Below, one piece after another: positions 21,028-30,010 of a stretch of 59,497 nucleotides of DNA. Source of the DNA: Eubacteriales bacterium (GTDB lineage Bacteria > Bacillota > Clostridia > Oscillospirales > CAG-272); assembly GCA_045594445.1 (NCBI GenBank), contig JAZNYL010000006.1, forward strand, positions 1-59,497, written 5' to 3'. The position numbers and the translations under genes are program-made. The notes beneath the pieces were generated by a model, which saw nothing but the letters and a program-made list of their open reading frames with translations, was not told where the DNA came from and did not search any database. Positions within the stretch are counted from its first letter, which is position 1. Each line of letters begins with the position of its first letter.

Positions 21028-22543
21028 GCAAATCAAAGCGGCTTTCACGGCTCTCTTAGCCGCACTTCTGTGCCTGCTTGCCATCCTGCCTGCGTCTGCC
21101 ATGACGCCCATTGAGCCGGACGGTGCAGTTCCGCATTTTTCGCTGTATCCCGAGGGCGGGAGCAGCCCGCTTTGCATCCGTTCGCTGGACGTGACCTGGG
21201 AGATCGGTCAAGCCCCCATGGATTGGTATCGTGAGGAGGACTTTGCCGCTTTTTTGGAATTTCAGCCGCGCGTGATTGCTAAGTACGTGTTGGAAAATCC
21301 CACCGATCAGACTGTTTTGGAGGGCATGTATCTGCCCCTGTCGCAAACGCCCGAGTACACCACGTTTGAGGTATCCGTATCTCGGATCGCGCAAGCGAGC
21401 AAGATCACGCTGGGAGAGAATGAGATCACGCCAAAGATCCGTTATGCATACGCGTCCGAGGCGCAGAATCGCTACGATCATATCGTTTATGAAAACGACG
21501 GTACCATGCAGGTGCTGCAGGCAGAAACGGTTGCCAATCTGGGCGCCACGCCGCTGCCTGCCGACACGCCCGTGACGGTATATTCCTACGTTCCGAGAAA
21601 GGAGATCAAGCAAAACAGCGGCTCTCAAATGCTGGATTGCCGCGTGCAGGTCACAAAAAGCAGCCCGTTGGTGTTTATCCCGGGCATGTGGAGCTATGAG
21701 GCCAAGCCGGGCGTCAGCGGTACTTATGTGGAGCTTGGCGGTTACGTGGACTATGGCGAAGTGATATACCTGTATGCCATCGGAGAGGGAGAGCCCTTGG
21801 TGGACTCCTGGAAGGTGGGCAGATTCAGTGCCAAGGACGAAATGATCTGCCAAGGCAAGCAGGTTACCACGCTTGGCGAGCTTGCCATGCAGTATTATGA
21901 GAAGGATTCGGGAATTTCCGAGCAGGATTGGTACTGTGCCGTCAATGCCATGCTGCAAAAGCAGAGAGTGGAAGGAACTTGCGTGGTCAGCGATACCGCG
22001 CGGGTGGGCTGGGACGTGCGCACGCTTTTGCAGCCTATGCTGCATTATGAAATAGAGCTTGCACCGCACACGACTGCGGAGCATACTGTCGAAATGCTTG
22101 CATATCCGGGGCAATGGCCGTCGGGCAGCAGGAAATTCACACTCGGCACGTGGTGCTTGGTGCCTCCCGCGCCCGGAACGTTCGCAGACGTGGGGGAGAT
22201 CTCCCTGCATATCCTGACTCCGCTCTATATGGTGGAGGTCAGCTATTATCATACCCATGCCAAAGGGGATTACGAGCAAACCGAGCAGGGCTATTTTATG
22301 AGGATAGAGCCAAGCACACCCATCGTGCGGTTTACGCTGAGTAATAATGAGGATGTGACCACGGCCTCCTGGATGTTTGACGGTGTGCTGGAGATCGCGT
22401 GTATTCTGCTTCCCATGCTTGTCATCGGCGCTGTGATTGCACTGCTTGTACTGCTGCATGAACGCAGATCGCTGGCAAGATACACTGCCAAAAAAGCAGC
22501 AAGGGAAGCAACAGAGAAAGCAGAGAAGGGAGAAGAGAAATGA
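21017..22543 (+). CDS. Secreted, C-terminally membrane-anchored hypothetical protein, paralog 2
   Basis: Signal peptide ending ASA; VTWEI, YVLENPTD, TLGELAMQYY..SEQDWY; C-terminal TM; overlaps paralog 1. Confidence 0.8.
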   Translation: MKSKQIKAAFTALLAALLCLLAILPASAMTPIEPDGAVPHFSLYPEGGSSPLCIRSLDVTWEIGQAPMDWYREEDFAAFLEFQPRVIAKYVLENPTDQTVLEGMYLPLSQTPEYTTFEVSVSRIAQASKITLGENEITPKIRYAYASEAQNRYDHIVYENDGTMQVLQAETVANLGATPLPADTPVTVYSYVPRKEIKQNSGSQMLDCRVQVTKSSPLVFIPGMWSYEAKPGVSGTYVELGGYVDYGEVIYLYAIGEGEPLVDSWKVGRFSAKDEMICQGKQVTTLGELAMQYYEKDSGISEQDWYCAVNAMLQKQRVEGTCVVSDTARVGWDVRTLLQPMLHYEIELAPHTTAEHTVEMLAYPGQWPSGSRKFTLGTWCLVPPAPGTFADVGEISLHILTPLYMVEVSYYHTHAKGDYEQTEQGYFMRIEPSTPIVRFTLSNNEDVTTASWMFDGVLEIACILLPMLVIGAVIALLVLLHERRSLARYTAKKAAREATEKAEKGEEK

Positions 22544-24087
22544 AATGTACGATCAAAAGACTGTCTGGTATTGCGGCACTCTGCATTTTGCTTTGCGCCT
22601 TGGCCGTCCTGCCTGCGTCTGCCATGTCGGCCATAGAGCCCGATCCCGGTATAGACGTCTTTGGTGTCTTTCCAAAGGGGCGCAAGAGCCAACTGCGCTT
22701 GGACAGTCTGACGCTGACCTACGATATTTCCGAGCTGCCTGCAGATGAATTTGACCAATCGGAGCTTTTGGAAAAGTATTCCTCAACGCTGCGCCTGGAC
22801 TATACCTTTTCCAATCCCACCGACACCGAGCAAACGGTGAAAATGCTGTTTGCCGCAGCCAATCTGCCCTCGTATGCAGAGGGGAGCAGCACGAGCGCAC
22901 AGCGCACCGCACTTTACACGGTCGAGCTGGACGGCGAGCGTATCACGCCCGAGCTGCGTCACGTATGGACGTCCTTTCCGCAGGGCTATCGGACCGGCTA
23001 TAACGGCTACGATCCCCGTGAGTACGCAGGGAATCTGCGCGATTCCTATGCAGAGCACGCATTTTTCTCACCCGATCTGCCTGTGACGGTGTATACCTAT
23101 CAGCCCTATTCCGAGCTTGATGCGGACGGGTACTTTTATTACGACATGACCGCTCCCTTTGAGTACGACGCATCCCGCACGCTGATCTTTTCCGAGCGTA
23201 ACGTCAGCGTTCGCGAGGAAAACGGAACGCCAAAGTTGCGCGTGCGCGTCTGGGAGGATTCGCTTGTGACGCTGTACGTGCTGGGTGAGGATATCGGAGA
23301 AGTCAATTGGAAGTTGACCGATGACGGCAAACGGGTAGAAGGCGGCGGTGCACGTGTGGTTGACAAGAAAAGCACCACCTTTGGCGAGCTTGCCATGAGC
23401 GAGTACGACCCGGATGCGGGCGTTTCCGAGCACGATTGGTACAACGCCGTGCTGGACATGATGGACTATTGCCACATGGAGGACAGCTGCCTGCTGGGAT
23501 ATAACAAAAGTACAGGGTCAAAAGAATCCGTGGAACTGGATGTCTCCTCCAACCTGCAAGGCTTTCTGACCTACGACGTCACGCTGGGTGCGGGCGAGAG
23601 CACGGTCAATTCCATCACCTTGCCGGTCTATCCCGACGTGATGGAATATTACAGCCCCAAGGTGGCCACCTTCACCTATCATTTCCACGGCAGCTCCGAT
23701 TGGAAATCGGTGGGGAAGTACACGGTCAGAATCGATACAAAGCTCAAGATCATGACCGACGAGAGAAACAGCCTCTCTGTTGATAACTACAAAAAGGATT
23801 GGAAGGGGTACACGCTGCCCGAGCGCTCCACGCCCAAGAGCGGCGTTTACTACGTGACGCTGTGCAAGTGGAAAAATCCAATCGAGACAAGCGGCTTTGC
23901 ATTTATTTGGTTTCTGTTTTTGTTCTTCGTCCTGCCCGTGCTGCTGGTAATTCTGGGCGCGGTGGTGGCGATCGTGCTTGTGATCGTCCTGATCCTTCTC
24001 TTCAGACGCCTGATCCGAGGCAAAGGGAAAAAGAAGGAAGAGCCGAGGAGCGACGACGCACCCGATGAGAAAACGGATGAAGGTTAG
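22540..24087 (+). CDS. Secreted, C-terminally membrane-anchored hypothetical protein, paralog 3
   Basis: Signal peptide ending ASA; LTYDI, YTFSNPTD, TFGELAMSEY..SEHDWY; C-terminal TM plus basic tail; ATGA overlap. Confidence 0.8.
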   Translation: MKCTIKRLSGIAALCILLCALAVLPASAMSAIEPDPGIDVFGVFPKGRKSQLRLDSLTLTYDISELPADEFDQSELLEKYSSTLRLDYTFSNPTDTEQTVKMLFAAANLPSYAEGSSTSAQRTALYTVELDGERITPELRHVWTSFPQGYRTGYNGYDPREYAGNLRDSYAEHAFFSPDLPVTVYTYQPYSELDADGYFYYDMTAPFEYDASRTLIFSERNVSVREENGTPKLRVRVWEDSLVTLYVLGEDIGEVNWKLTDDGKRVEGGGARVVDKKSTTFGELAMSEYDPDAGVSEHDWYNAVLDMMDYCHMEDSCLLGYNKSTGSKESVELDVSSNLQGFLTYDVTLGAGESTVNSITLPVYPDVMEYYSPKVATFTYHFHGSSDWKSVGKYTVRIDTKLKIMTDERNSLSVDNYKKDWKGYTLPERSTPKSGVYYVTLCKWKNPIETSGFAFIWFLFLFFVLPVLLVILGAVVAIVLVIVLILLFRRLIRGKGKKKEEPRSDDAPDEKTDEG

Positions 24088-24130
24088 TGGATACAGGGGC
24101 GTGCTTCTTTCGTTTTGACTGTGCGAAAGC

Positions 24131-24180
24131 GCAGAAAAACACAGAACAGCACAGAACAACACAGAACAACACAGAACAAC
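24131..24180 (+). repeat. 10-bp tandem repeat (ACAGAACAAC), 5 copies, 2 of them degenerate
   Basis: gcagaaaaac acagaacagc acagaacaac acagaacaac acagaacaac, ending 11 bp before a -35 box. Confidence 0.9.
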
Positions 24181-24191
24181 GCCAATACGAC

Positions 24192-24220
24192 TTGACAATT
24201 GCGATACAAAATGGTAGAAT
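24192..24220 (+). promoter_or_regulatory. Sigma-A promoter of SBP paralog 1
   Basis: TTGACA-N17-TAGAAT with extended TG. Confidence 0.75.
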
Positions 24221-24255
24221 ATAGATAATTCTAATTTTAAAGAGAGGTTTTGACA

Positions 24256-25746
24256 ATGAGAATCAAGCTCTTATGTGTTCTTCTTGGCGTGCTGATGCTG
24301 CTTTCCGTGTTTGCTGCCTGCACAGACGCACCCGACCAGGGAGAGACCCAGACCAACGGTGACGGCTCCGGCGCTGTGACCGAAGAGGAAACGTATTGGA
24401 TGAATCCCGAGCTGGACCCCAGTAAGCTGAGCGTCAGCCTGCAGGGCCAGGAGGTCAACATTTTGTCGTATAACAAATACGATATCAGCCCCGAGGAAAA
24501 CTCCTCCGATCCCCTTGAGGACGCCGTTTACAGAAGAGACGACAAGCTCAAGGCCGAGCTGGGTATTGAATTCAACAACCAGTATGAGCCCGATTTCAAC
24601 ATCATCGCCACCAGCGTCAAGAACGACGTTACTGCAGGCACGGGCGAATATCACATCGTATATCAGCACATGATCGACGGTGCGCGCAACCTCGCCCTTG
24701 GTAACTATCTGTATAACCTGGCCGAGCTGGAATACGTCAACTTTGATAACGTATGGTGGGACCAGGACTGCAAAAAGGGCTTTGTGATCGGCGATAGCAT
24801 GATGATGGTGTGCGGCGACCTGCTGCCCTCTACCATGCTGATCACGGCTGCCGTGCTGTTTAACAAAAACCTGTTTGAGCAAAACAGCTGGGATTATCCT
24901 TACGAGGATGCAAGAGAGGGCACCTGGACGCTGGACGATATGCTGGAGCTGACCAAGGATCAGACGCAAGACCTCAACGGTGACGGTAAGGTCTTCCATG
25001 ACGACGACTTTTTCGGCGTGACCTCCTGGGCTGCGGATGCTGACTTCAACCTGTACTTCGGCACGGGCGCAACCATGTTCTCCTACGATGAGGACCACCT
25101 ACCCGTATTTGATCCCGATACCGACAGACTGCAAACCATTTACGACAAGATTTACGAGCTGCTGATCACGCAGAACGCGTTCCACGTAACCTGGGCGCAG
25201 TATAATGCGGATAGCGGCATGTATAACAAGACCATCGACGTATTCAGAGACGGCAGAGCACTGTTCTTCCCGACCTATCTGTCCACCACCACCGCTTTGC
25301 GCGACATGGTGGATGATTACGGCATCCTGCCCAACCCCAAGTATGACGAAAAGCAGGAGGATTACCTCGGCTTTGTCAACGGCAGCGCAAGCATGGCGTG
25401 CGTACCCAGCAGCTTGAGCGATGCAAACCTGGAGGTTGCCGGCTTTATGCTGGAGGCTCTGGCATCTTCTTCCTACACCATGACCACCCACACCCTGTAC
25501 GAGGTGGTTGCAAAGTCCAAGAACGCGCGTGACCCCGAATCTGCCGAAATGGTGGATATCATCATTCGTCACAAGGTATTTGACTTTGGTTATTCGCACT
25601 TCTCCGGTGACAATTATCCTTGCTTCAACATCGCGCAGACCGCGCTTGAGACCAACAAGACCTCGATTGTCAGAGATATCACCAACTCCGAGAGAAAAAC
25701 CAGAAACGAGCTCAAGAAGATTCTGAGAGCTTACGGCTACGATTGA
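24256..25746 (+). CDS. Extracellular solute-binding lipoprotein (family 1-like), paralog 1
   Basis: Lipobox FAAC; LYNL..LEYVNFDNVWWD, GTWTLDDM, DLNGDG, FRDGRALF, YGILPNPKYDEKQ. Confidence 0.85.
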   Translation: MRIKLLCVLLGVLMLLSVFAACTDAPDQGETQTNGDGSGAVTEEETYWMNPELDPSKLSVSLQGQEVNILSYNKYDISPEENSSDPLEDAVYRRDDKLKAELGIEFNNQYEPDFNIIATSVKNDVTAGTGEYHIVYQHMIDGARNLALGNYLYNLAELEYVNFDNVWWDQDCKKGFVIGDSMMMVCGDLLPSTMLITAAVLFNKNLFEQNSWDYPYEDAREGTWTLDDMLELTKDQTQDLNGDGKVFHDDDFFGVTSWAADADFNLYFGTGATMFSYDEDHLPVFDPDTDRLQTIYDKIYELLITQNAFHVTWAQYNADSGMYNKTIDVFRDGRALFFPTYLSTTTALRDMVDDYGILPNPKYDEKQEDYLGFVNGSASMACVPSSLSDANLEVAGFMLEALASSSYTMTTHTLYEVVAKSKNARDPESAEMVDIIIRHKVFDFGYSHFSGDNYPCFNIAQTALETNKTSIVRDITNSERKTRNELKKILRAYGYD

Positions 25747-25768
25747 TCAACCGAACAAATCAAATATA

Positions 25769-25802
25769 AAGAGAGCCGGGTCATGTGTGACCCGGCTCTC
25801 TT
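25769..25802 (+). terminator. Hairpin terminator overlapping the next -35 box
   Basis: AAGAGAGCCGGGTCA-TGTG-TGACCCGGCTCTCTT. Confidence 0.7.
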
Positions 25803-25829
25803 GACAGACGGCAAAGTATGTGGTATGAT
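25801..25829 (+). promoter_or_regulatory. Sigma-A promoter of SBP paralog 2
   Basis: TTGACA-N17-TATGAT with extended TG, followed by ATATCCGTATA. Confidence 0.75.
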
Positions 25830-25863
25830 ATCCGTATAAATACCGAAAACAGTGAGGTTTATG

Positions 25864-27336
25864 ATGAAAGTCAGATTTTTTTGTTTGCTTTTGAGTGCTT
25901 TGATGCTTGTGGGCTTGCTTGCGGGCTGCGCGCAAGGGGAAAACGAGCAGCAGTCCTCGGAGGCGACTGAAGAAAAGGAGCAATGGGTTGCCGAGACGCT
26001 GGACCCTTCCAAGCTTGAAACGACGCTTGCGGGTCAGGAATTCGTCATTTTGGCGCAAAGCCGATATGATATTGGCCCGGAGGAAAATTCGTCCGATCCG
26101 CTTGAGGATGCGGTGTACCGCAGAAACGACAGACTGCAGACAGAATATGGGATCGTATTCAACAACTCCGACGAGCCAAGCCTTGACGTGATCGCGGATG
26201 CGATCAAGAACGATACGGCTGCGGGAACGGGTGAATTCAATCTGGTGTATCAGCATATGGGCAACGCTGCGTACAATCTCGCCCTGGGCGGCTATTTGTA
26301 CGATCTGTCCGATCTGGAGTTTGTGGACTTTGATCAGACCTGGTGGGACCAGGACTGCAAGAACGGTCTTGCCATCGGCGATCATATGATGATGGCCTGC
26401 GGCGACCTGATCCCCACAACGCAGCTGATCACGGGATCCGTGCTGTTCAACAAGAATCTGTTTGATGAGCGTGGCTGGGAATACCCTTACGAGGATGCAA
26501 GAGCCGGCACGTGGACCATGGACGATATGCAGGGAATGATCAAGGACCAGGCCAAGGACCTCAACGGTGACGGCAAGATTTTGTATACCGACGATTTCTT
26601 CGGCATTACCTCTTGGGCACTGGACTGCGACTATAACTTCTTTTACGGTGCCGGCGCGACCATGTTCACCTACGATGATCAGCACATTCCCACCTTTGCC
26701 CCCGACACCGATAAGCTGCAGTCGATCTATGAGAAGACCGCCGCGCTGCTGCTGTCTCCCGATACCTACCATCTGACCTATAACGAGTATCTCAAGGACA
26801 ACAATCTGTATTTCGGCACCATTGAGGTGTTCCGTGACGGACGTGCGCTGCTGTTTCCCACCAATCTGTCCATCACCACCAATCTGCGTGATATGATCGA
26901 CGACTACGGTATCCTGCCGCAGCCCAAGTATGACGAATCGCAAAAGGATTATCTCGGCTTTGTCAACGCGGCTGCAAGCGTTGCGATCGTCCCCGTCAGC
27001 CTGTCCGAGCAAAAGCTGGAGACCACCGGCTTTATGATGGAGGCGTTGGCGTCCTCGTCTTATTATATGGTAACGGATACGCTTTACGACGTGATCGCCA
27101 AGTCCAAGAACGCGCGCGACGAGGAGTCTGCCGAAATGGTTGACATCATCATCCGTCACAAGGTCTTTGATTTCGGCTATCTGCATTTCTCACACAAGAA
27201 TCTGCCGTGCTCCAATATCGTCATGGTTGCGCTGCAGGATAAGCGTCCCTCTATCGTCAGAGATCTGACCAATTCGCAAAAGAATACCCGAAAGGAACTG
27301 GATAAGATCCTTGAGGCTTACGGCTACGACGATTGA
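25864..27336 (+). CDS. Extracellular solute-binding lipoprotein, paralog 2
   Basis: Lipobox LAGC; same motif set as paralog 1. The start could be 25861. Confidence 0.85.
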   Translation: MKVRFFCLLLSALMLVGLLAGCAQGENEQQSSEATEEKEQWVAETLDPSKLETTLAGQEFVILAQSRYDIGPEENSSDPLEDAVYRRNDRLQTEYGIVFNNSDEPSLDVIADAIKNDTAAGTGEFNLVYQHMGNAAYNLALGGYLYDLSDLEFVDFDQTWWDQDCKNGLAIGDHMMMACGDLIPTTQLITGSVLFNKNLFDERGWEYPYEDARAGTWTMDDMQGMIKDQAKDLNGDGKILYTDDFFGITSWALDCDYNFFYGAGATMFTYDDQHIPTFAPDTDKLQSIYEKTAALLLSPDTYHLTYNEYLKDNNLYFGTIEVFRDGRALLFPTNLSITTNLRDMIDDYGILPQPKYDESQKDYLGFVNAAASVAIVPVSLSEQKLETTGFMMEALASSSYYMVTDTLYDVIAKSKNARDEESAEMVDIIIRHKVFDFGYLHFSHKNLPCSNIVMVALQDKRPSIVRDLTNSQKNTRKELDKILEAYGYDD

Positions 27337-27349
27337 TCAATTCATATAA

Positions 27350-27383
27350 AAAAGCCGACACCGCGGTGTCGGCTTTTGCTTTT
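27350..27383 (+). terminator. Intrinsic terminator
   Basis: AAAAGCCGACACCGCGGTGTCGGCTTTTGCTTTT. Confidence 0.8.
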
Positions 27384-27418
27384 GTCAAACTGCACAAAAA
27401 CAAGATGATATTTTCTGC

Positions 27419-27447
27419 TTGACAAGATATGACTGTTGTGGTAAAAT
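27419..27447 (+). promoter_or_regulatory. Sigma-A promoter of SBP paralog 3
   Basis: TTGACA-N17-TAAAAT with extended TG, followed by ATATCCGTATA. Confidence 0.75.
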
Positions 27448-27493
27448 ATATCCGTATACCTATGCAAAATACTATGAAAGAAGGAAAACACGT

Positions 27494-28963
27494 ATGTACA
27501 AAAAGCTTTTAGCTATGCTTTTGTGCGGCCTGATGCTGATCAGTGTATTCGTCGGCTGTGCTGACACCGGTGAAGAGGAATCCTCTACCGATGCTGCTAC
27601 CGAGGAAGAAACCAACTGGGTCAGCCCCGATCTGGAGCCCAATGAGGGTCTGAAGGGCAAGGAGATCAATATTCTTGCAAACTCTGAAACCGATATGGGC
27701 GCAGAAGAGCCGGACAAATCCGACCCCCTGGAGGATGCTGTCTACAGAAGAAACGACAAAATTCAGACTTTCTACGGTGTAACGCTCAATCCTCTGCTTG
27801 AGCTTGACTACGTTGCACTTGGTGACAAGGTCAAGAACGACGTAAGCTCGGGTAGTGGTGAATACCACATCGTTTACCAGCACATGGTAAACGCTGCTAC
27901 CAATCTGGGTATGGGCAACTGCCTGTATAACCTGACCGACCTGGAGTACGTCAACTTTGACAACCCCTGGTGGGACCAGGACTGCAAGAACGGCTTTATG
28001 TTCGGTGACAACATGTTCGTGGTTTGCGGCGACCTGCTGCCTTCCTCTATGATGATCACCGCTGCCGTGATGTTCAACAAGACCCTGTTCGACGAGCAGA
28101 GCCTTGAGTATCCTTATCAGGATGCAAGAGACGGCACCTGGACCATCGACGACATGCTGCTTCTGACCAAGGACCAGACCCATGACCTCAACGGTGACGG
28201 TAAGGTTTCTTATCAGGACGACTTCTACGGCCTTGTAGGTTGGTCTCTTGACTGTGACTACAACTTCTGGTTCGGCGCAGGCTGCACCATGTTCACCTTT
28301 GACGAGGATCATCTGCCCGTATACGAGCCCAACACCGACAGACTGCAGACTGTTTACGATAAGATCTATGAGCTGATCGTAACCCAGCAGTCCTTCCACG
28401 TGACCGTTCAGGAGTACCTGTCAAACCAATCTATGTATGAGGAGCCCTCCAACGTATTCAAGGCAGGCAGAGCACTGTTCTATGCAGGCTATCTGTCCGG
28501 TGGTACGGGACTTCGTGAAATGGAGACCGAATTCGGTATCCTGCCTCAGCCCAAGTACGATGAGAAGCAGGAAGAGTACCTGAGCTTTGTCAACGGTGCA
28601 GCTTCCACCGCATGCGTACCCAAGAGCCTTTCCGAGGAAGCTCTGGCTGATGCCGGCTACATGCTGGAGGTTCTGGCTTCCACCTCTTACTACATGGTAT
28701 CCGATACGCTGTATGATAAGGTTGCTAAGTCCAAGAACGCACGTGACGAGGAGTCCGCTGAGATGGTTGACGTCATCATCCGTCACAGAGTATTCGACTT
28801 TGGCTATACCCACTTCCACAACGACGGCCTGCCTTGCGCATCCATCGTTCAGACTGCACTCAACAACAAGAGTACCTCTATCACCAGAGACATTACCAAG
28901 AGCGAAAAGCAGACCATTAAGGCTCTGAAAAAGATCTACGAGGCTTACGGCTACGATTACTAA
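27494..28963 (+). CDS. Extracellular solute-binding lipoprotein, paralog 3
   Basis: Lipobox FVGC; same motif set; ATG after AAGGA. Confidence 0.85.
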   Translation: MYKKLLAMLLCGLMLISVFVGCADTGEEESSTDAATEEETNWVSPDLEPNEGLKGKEINILANSETDMGAEEPDKSDPLEDAVYRRNDKIQTFYGVTLNPLLELDYVALGDKVKNDVSSGSGEYHIVYQHMVNAATNLGMGNCLYNLTDLEYVNFDNPWWDQDCKNGFMFGDNMFVVCGDLLPSSMMITAAVMFNKTLFDEQSLEYPYQDARDGTWTIDDMLLLTKDQTHDLNGDGKVSYQDDFYGLVGWSLDCDYNFWFGAGCTMFTFDEDHLPVYEPNTDRLQTVYDKIYELIVTQQSFHVTVQEYLSNQSMYEEPSNVFKAGRALFYAGYLSGGTGLREMETEFGILPQPKYDEKQEEYLSFVNGAASTACVPKSLSEEALADAGYMLEVLASTSYYMVSDTLYDKVAKSKNARDEESAEMVDVIIRHRVFDFGYTHFHNDGLPCASIVQTALNNKSTSITRDITKSEKQTIKALKKIYEAYGYDY

Positions 28964-28981
28964 TTGAAAACGCAAGCAAAC

Positions 28982-29006
28982 AGGGGCTATCCGAAAGGGT
29001 AGCCCT
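28982..29006 (+). other. GAAA-loop hairpin without a U-tract between SBP3 and the phosphoesterase (possible mRNA stabiliser or partial terminator)
   Basis: AGGGGCTATCC-GAAA-GGGTAGCCCT, followed by TAGC rather than a T-run. Confidence 0.5.
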
Positions 29007-29038
29007 TAGCTGTACGGATATCTTTCAAGGAGAGAATT

Positions 29039-29857
29039 ATGGAAACCACCATTGCCATCCGCGGCTTACAGCATACGTACAAGCTGTATCATATCACCGA
29101 TCTGCATCTGACGGGGATGGGTGAGAACGACCCGCAGTTCCGCCACGACGAGGCGGCCTTGCGCGCCAGATGCATTTTTGAAACCGACGGCACGCCTTGT
29201 GTGAAAAGACTGCAGGGCTTTTATGCCGATGCGCGCGAATGGGGCGCAGATCTGATGCTCATGACCGGGGATATTGTGGATACCCCAAGTGACCCAAACG
29301 TGCAGAATCTTTACCGCGAGGTCTGTGCGGGCGGCCTGGGGACCATGTTTGTCATAGGCAATCACGATTGGTCGTATTCGGACGATTATCATACCGAGGG
29401 GGCAAGAGCGCAGCATTACCAAAAGTTTGCAGCACTTTCGGATGGTGCTGTTGCGCGACACTATCTGGAGTATCCCGATCTGATCATTGCGGGAATCGAC
29501 GACGGCATGGAGTGCGTGCAGAGGGAGGATATTGATTTTCTGAAGGAATTGAGAGAGAAGGGCAAGCCGATCCTGCTATGCCTGCATATCCCCATCAATT
29601 GCCCTTCGCTGCACGACGATACGGTGCGCGATTGGCGCAGAAATATCAACATAGGCCGGGGCGCGATCCTCAAAAACGAGGCAACGGAAGCGTTTTGCGA
29701 ATACGTGCGCGATCCCGCGTCGGGGATTGTCGCCGTGATCGCAGGGCACTTGCATTTCTCGCATGAGGACGAGCTTGCCCCGGGGCTTGTGCAGTATATC
29801 ACGGGCGGCGCATACCTCGGCGTCTCGCGCAAGATTACACTGATCCCCGCAAACTGA
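29039..29857 (+). CDS. Calcineurin-like metallophosphoesterase
   Basis: TDLH, TGDIVD, GNHD, LHIP, AGHLH motifs; no signal peptide. Confidence 0.9.
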   Translation: METTIAIRGLQHTYKLYHITDLHLTGMGENDPQFRHDEAALRARCIFETDGTPCVKRLQGFYADAREWGADLMLMTGDIVDTPSDPNVQNLYREVCAGGLGTMFVIGNHDWSYSDDYHTEGARAQHYQKFAALSDGAVARHYLEYPDLIIAGIDDGMECVQREDIDFLKELREKGKPILLCLHIPINCPSLHDDTVRDWRRNINIGRGAILKNEATEAFCEYVRDPASGIVAVIAGHLHFSHEDELAPGLVQYITGGAYLGVSRKITLIPAN

Positions 29858-29896
29858 AAATTTTTTAAGGTTCCGCGAAATTTTTTTCGGTTTTGT

Positions 29897-29935
29897 GGAA
29901 CCTTTTTGCTTTTTTTGCGTCTATATAGGTAGAAG
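29897..29935 (+). promoter_or_regulatory. Putative ECF-sigma promoter
   Basis: GGAAC-N16-CGTCT followed by ATATAGGTAGAAG; matches 19410-19448. Confidence 0.65.
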
Positions 29936-30010
29936 ATGGAATTGTCCGTATTTACAAAGGCGGAAAAATCTGCAAAAATAGAGCCATAGATCCCGAAAGG
30001 AGACCTGCGT

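Noticed and set aside
24131..24180. Possible CRISPR array
   Set aside because: Units are 10 bp, contiguous and spacer-less, and there are no cas genes.
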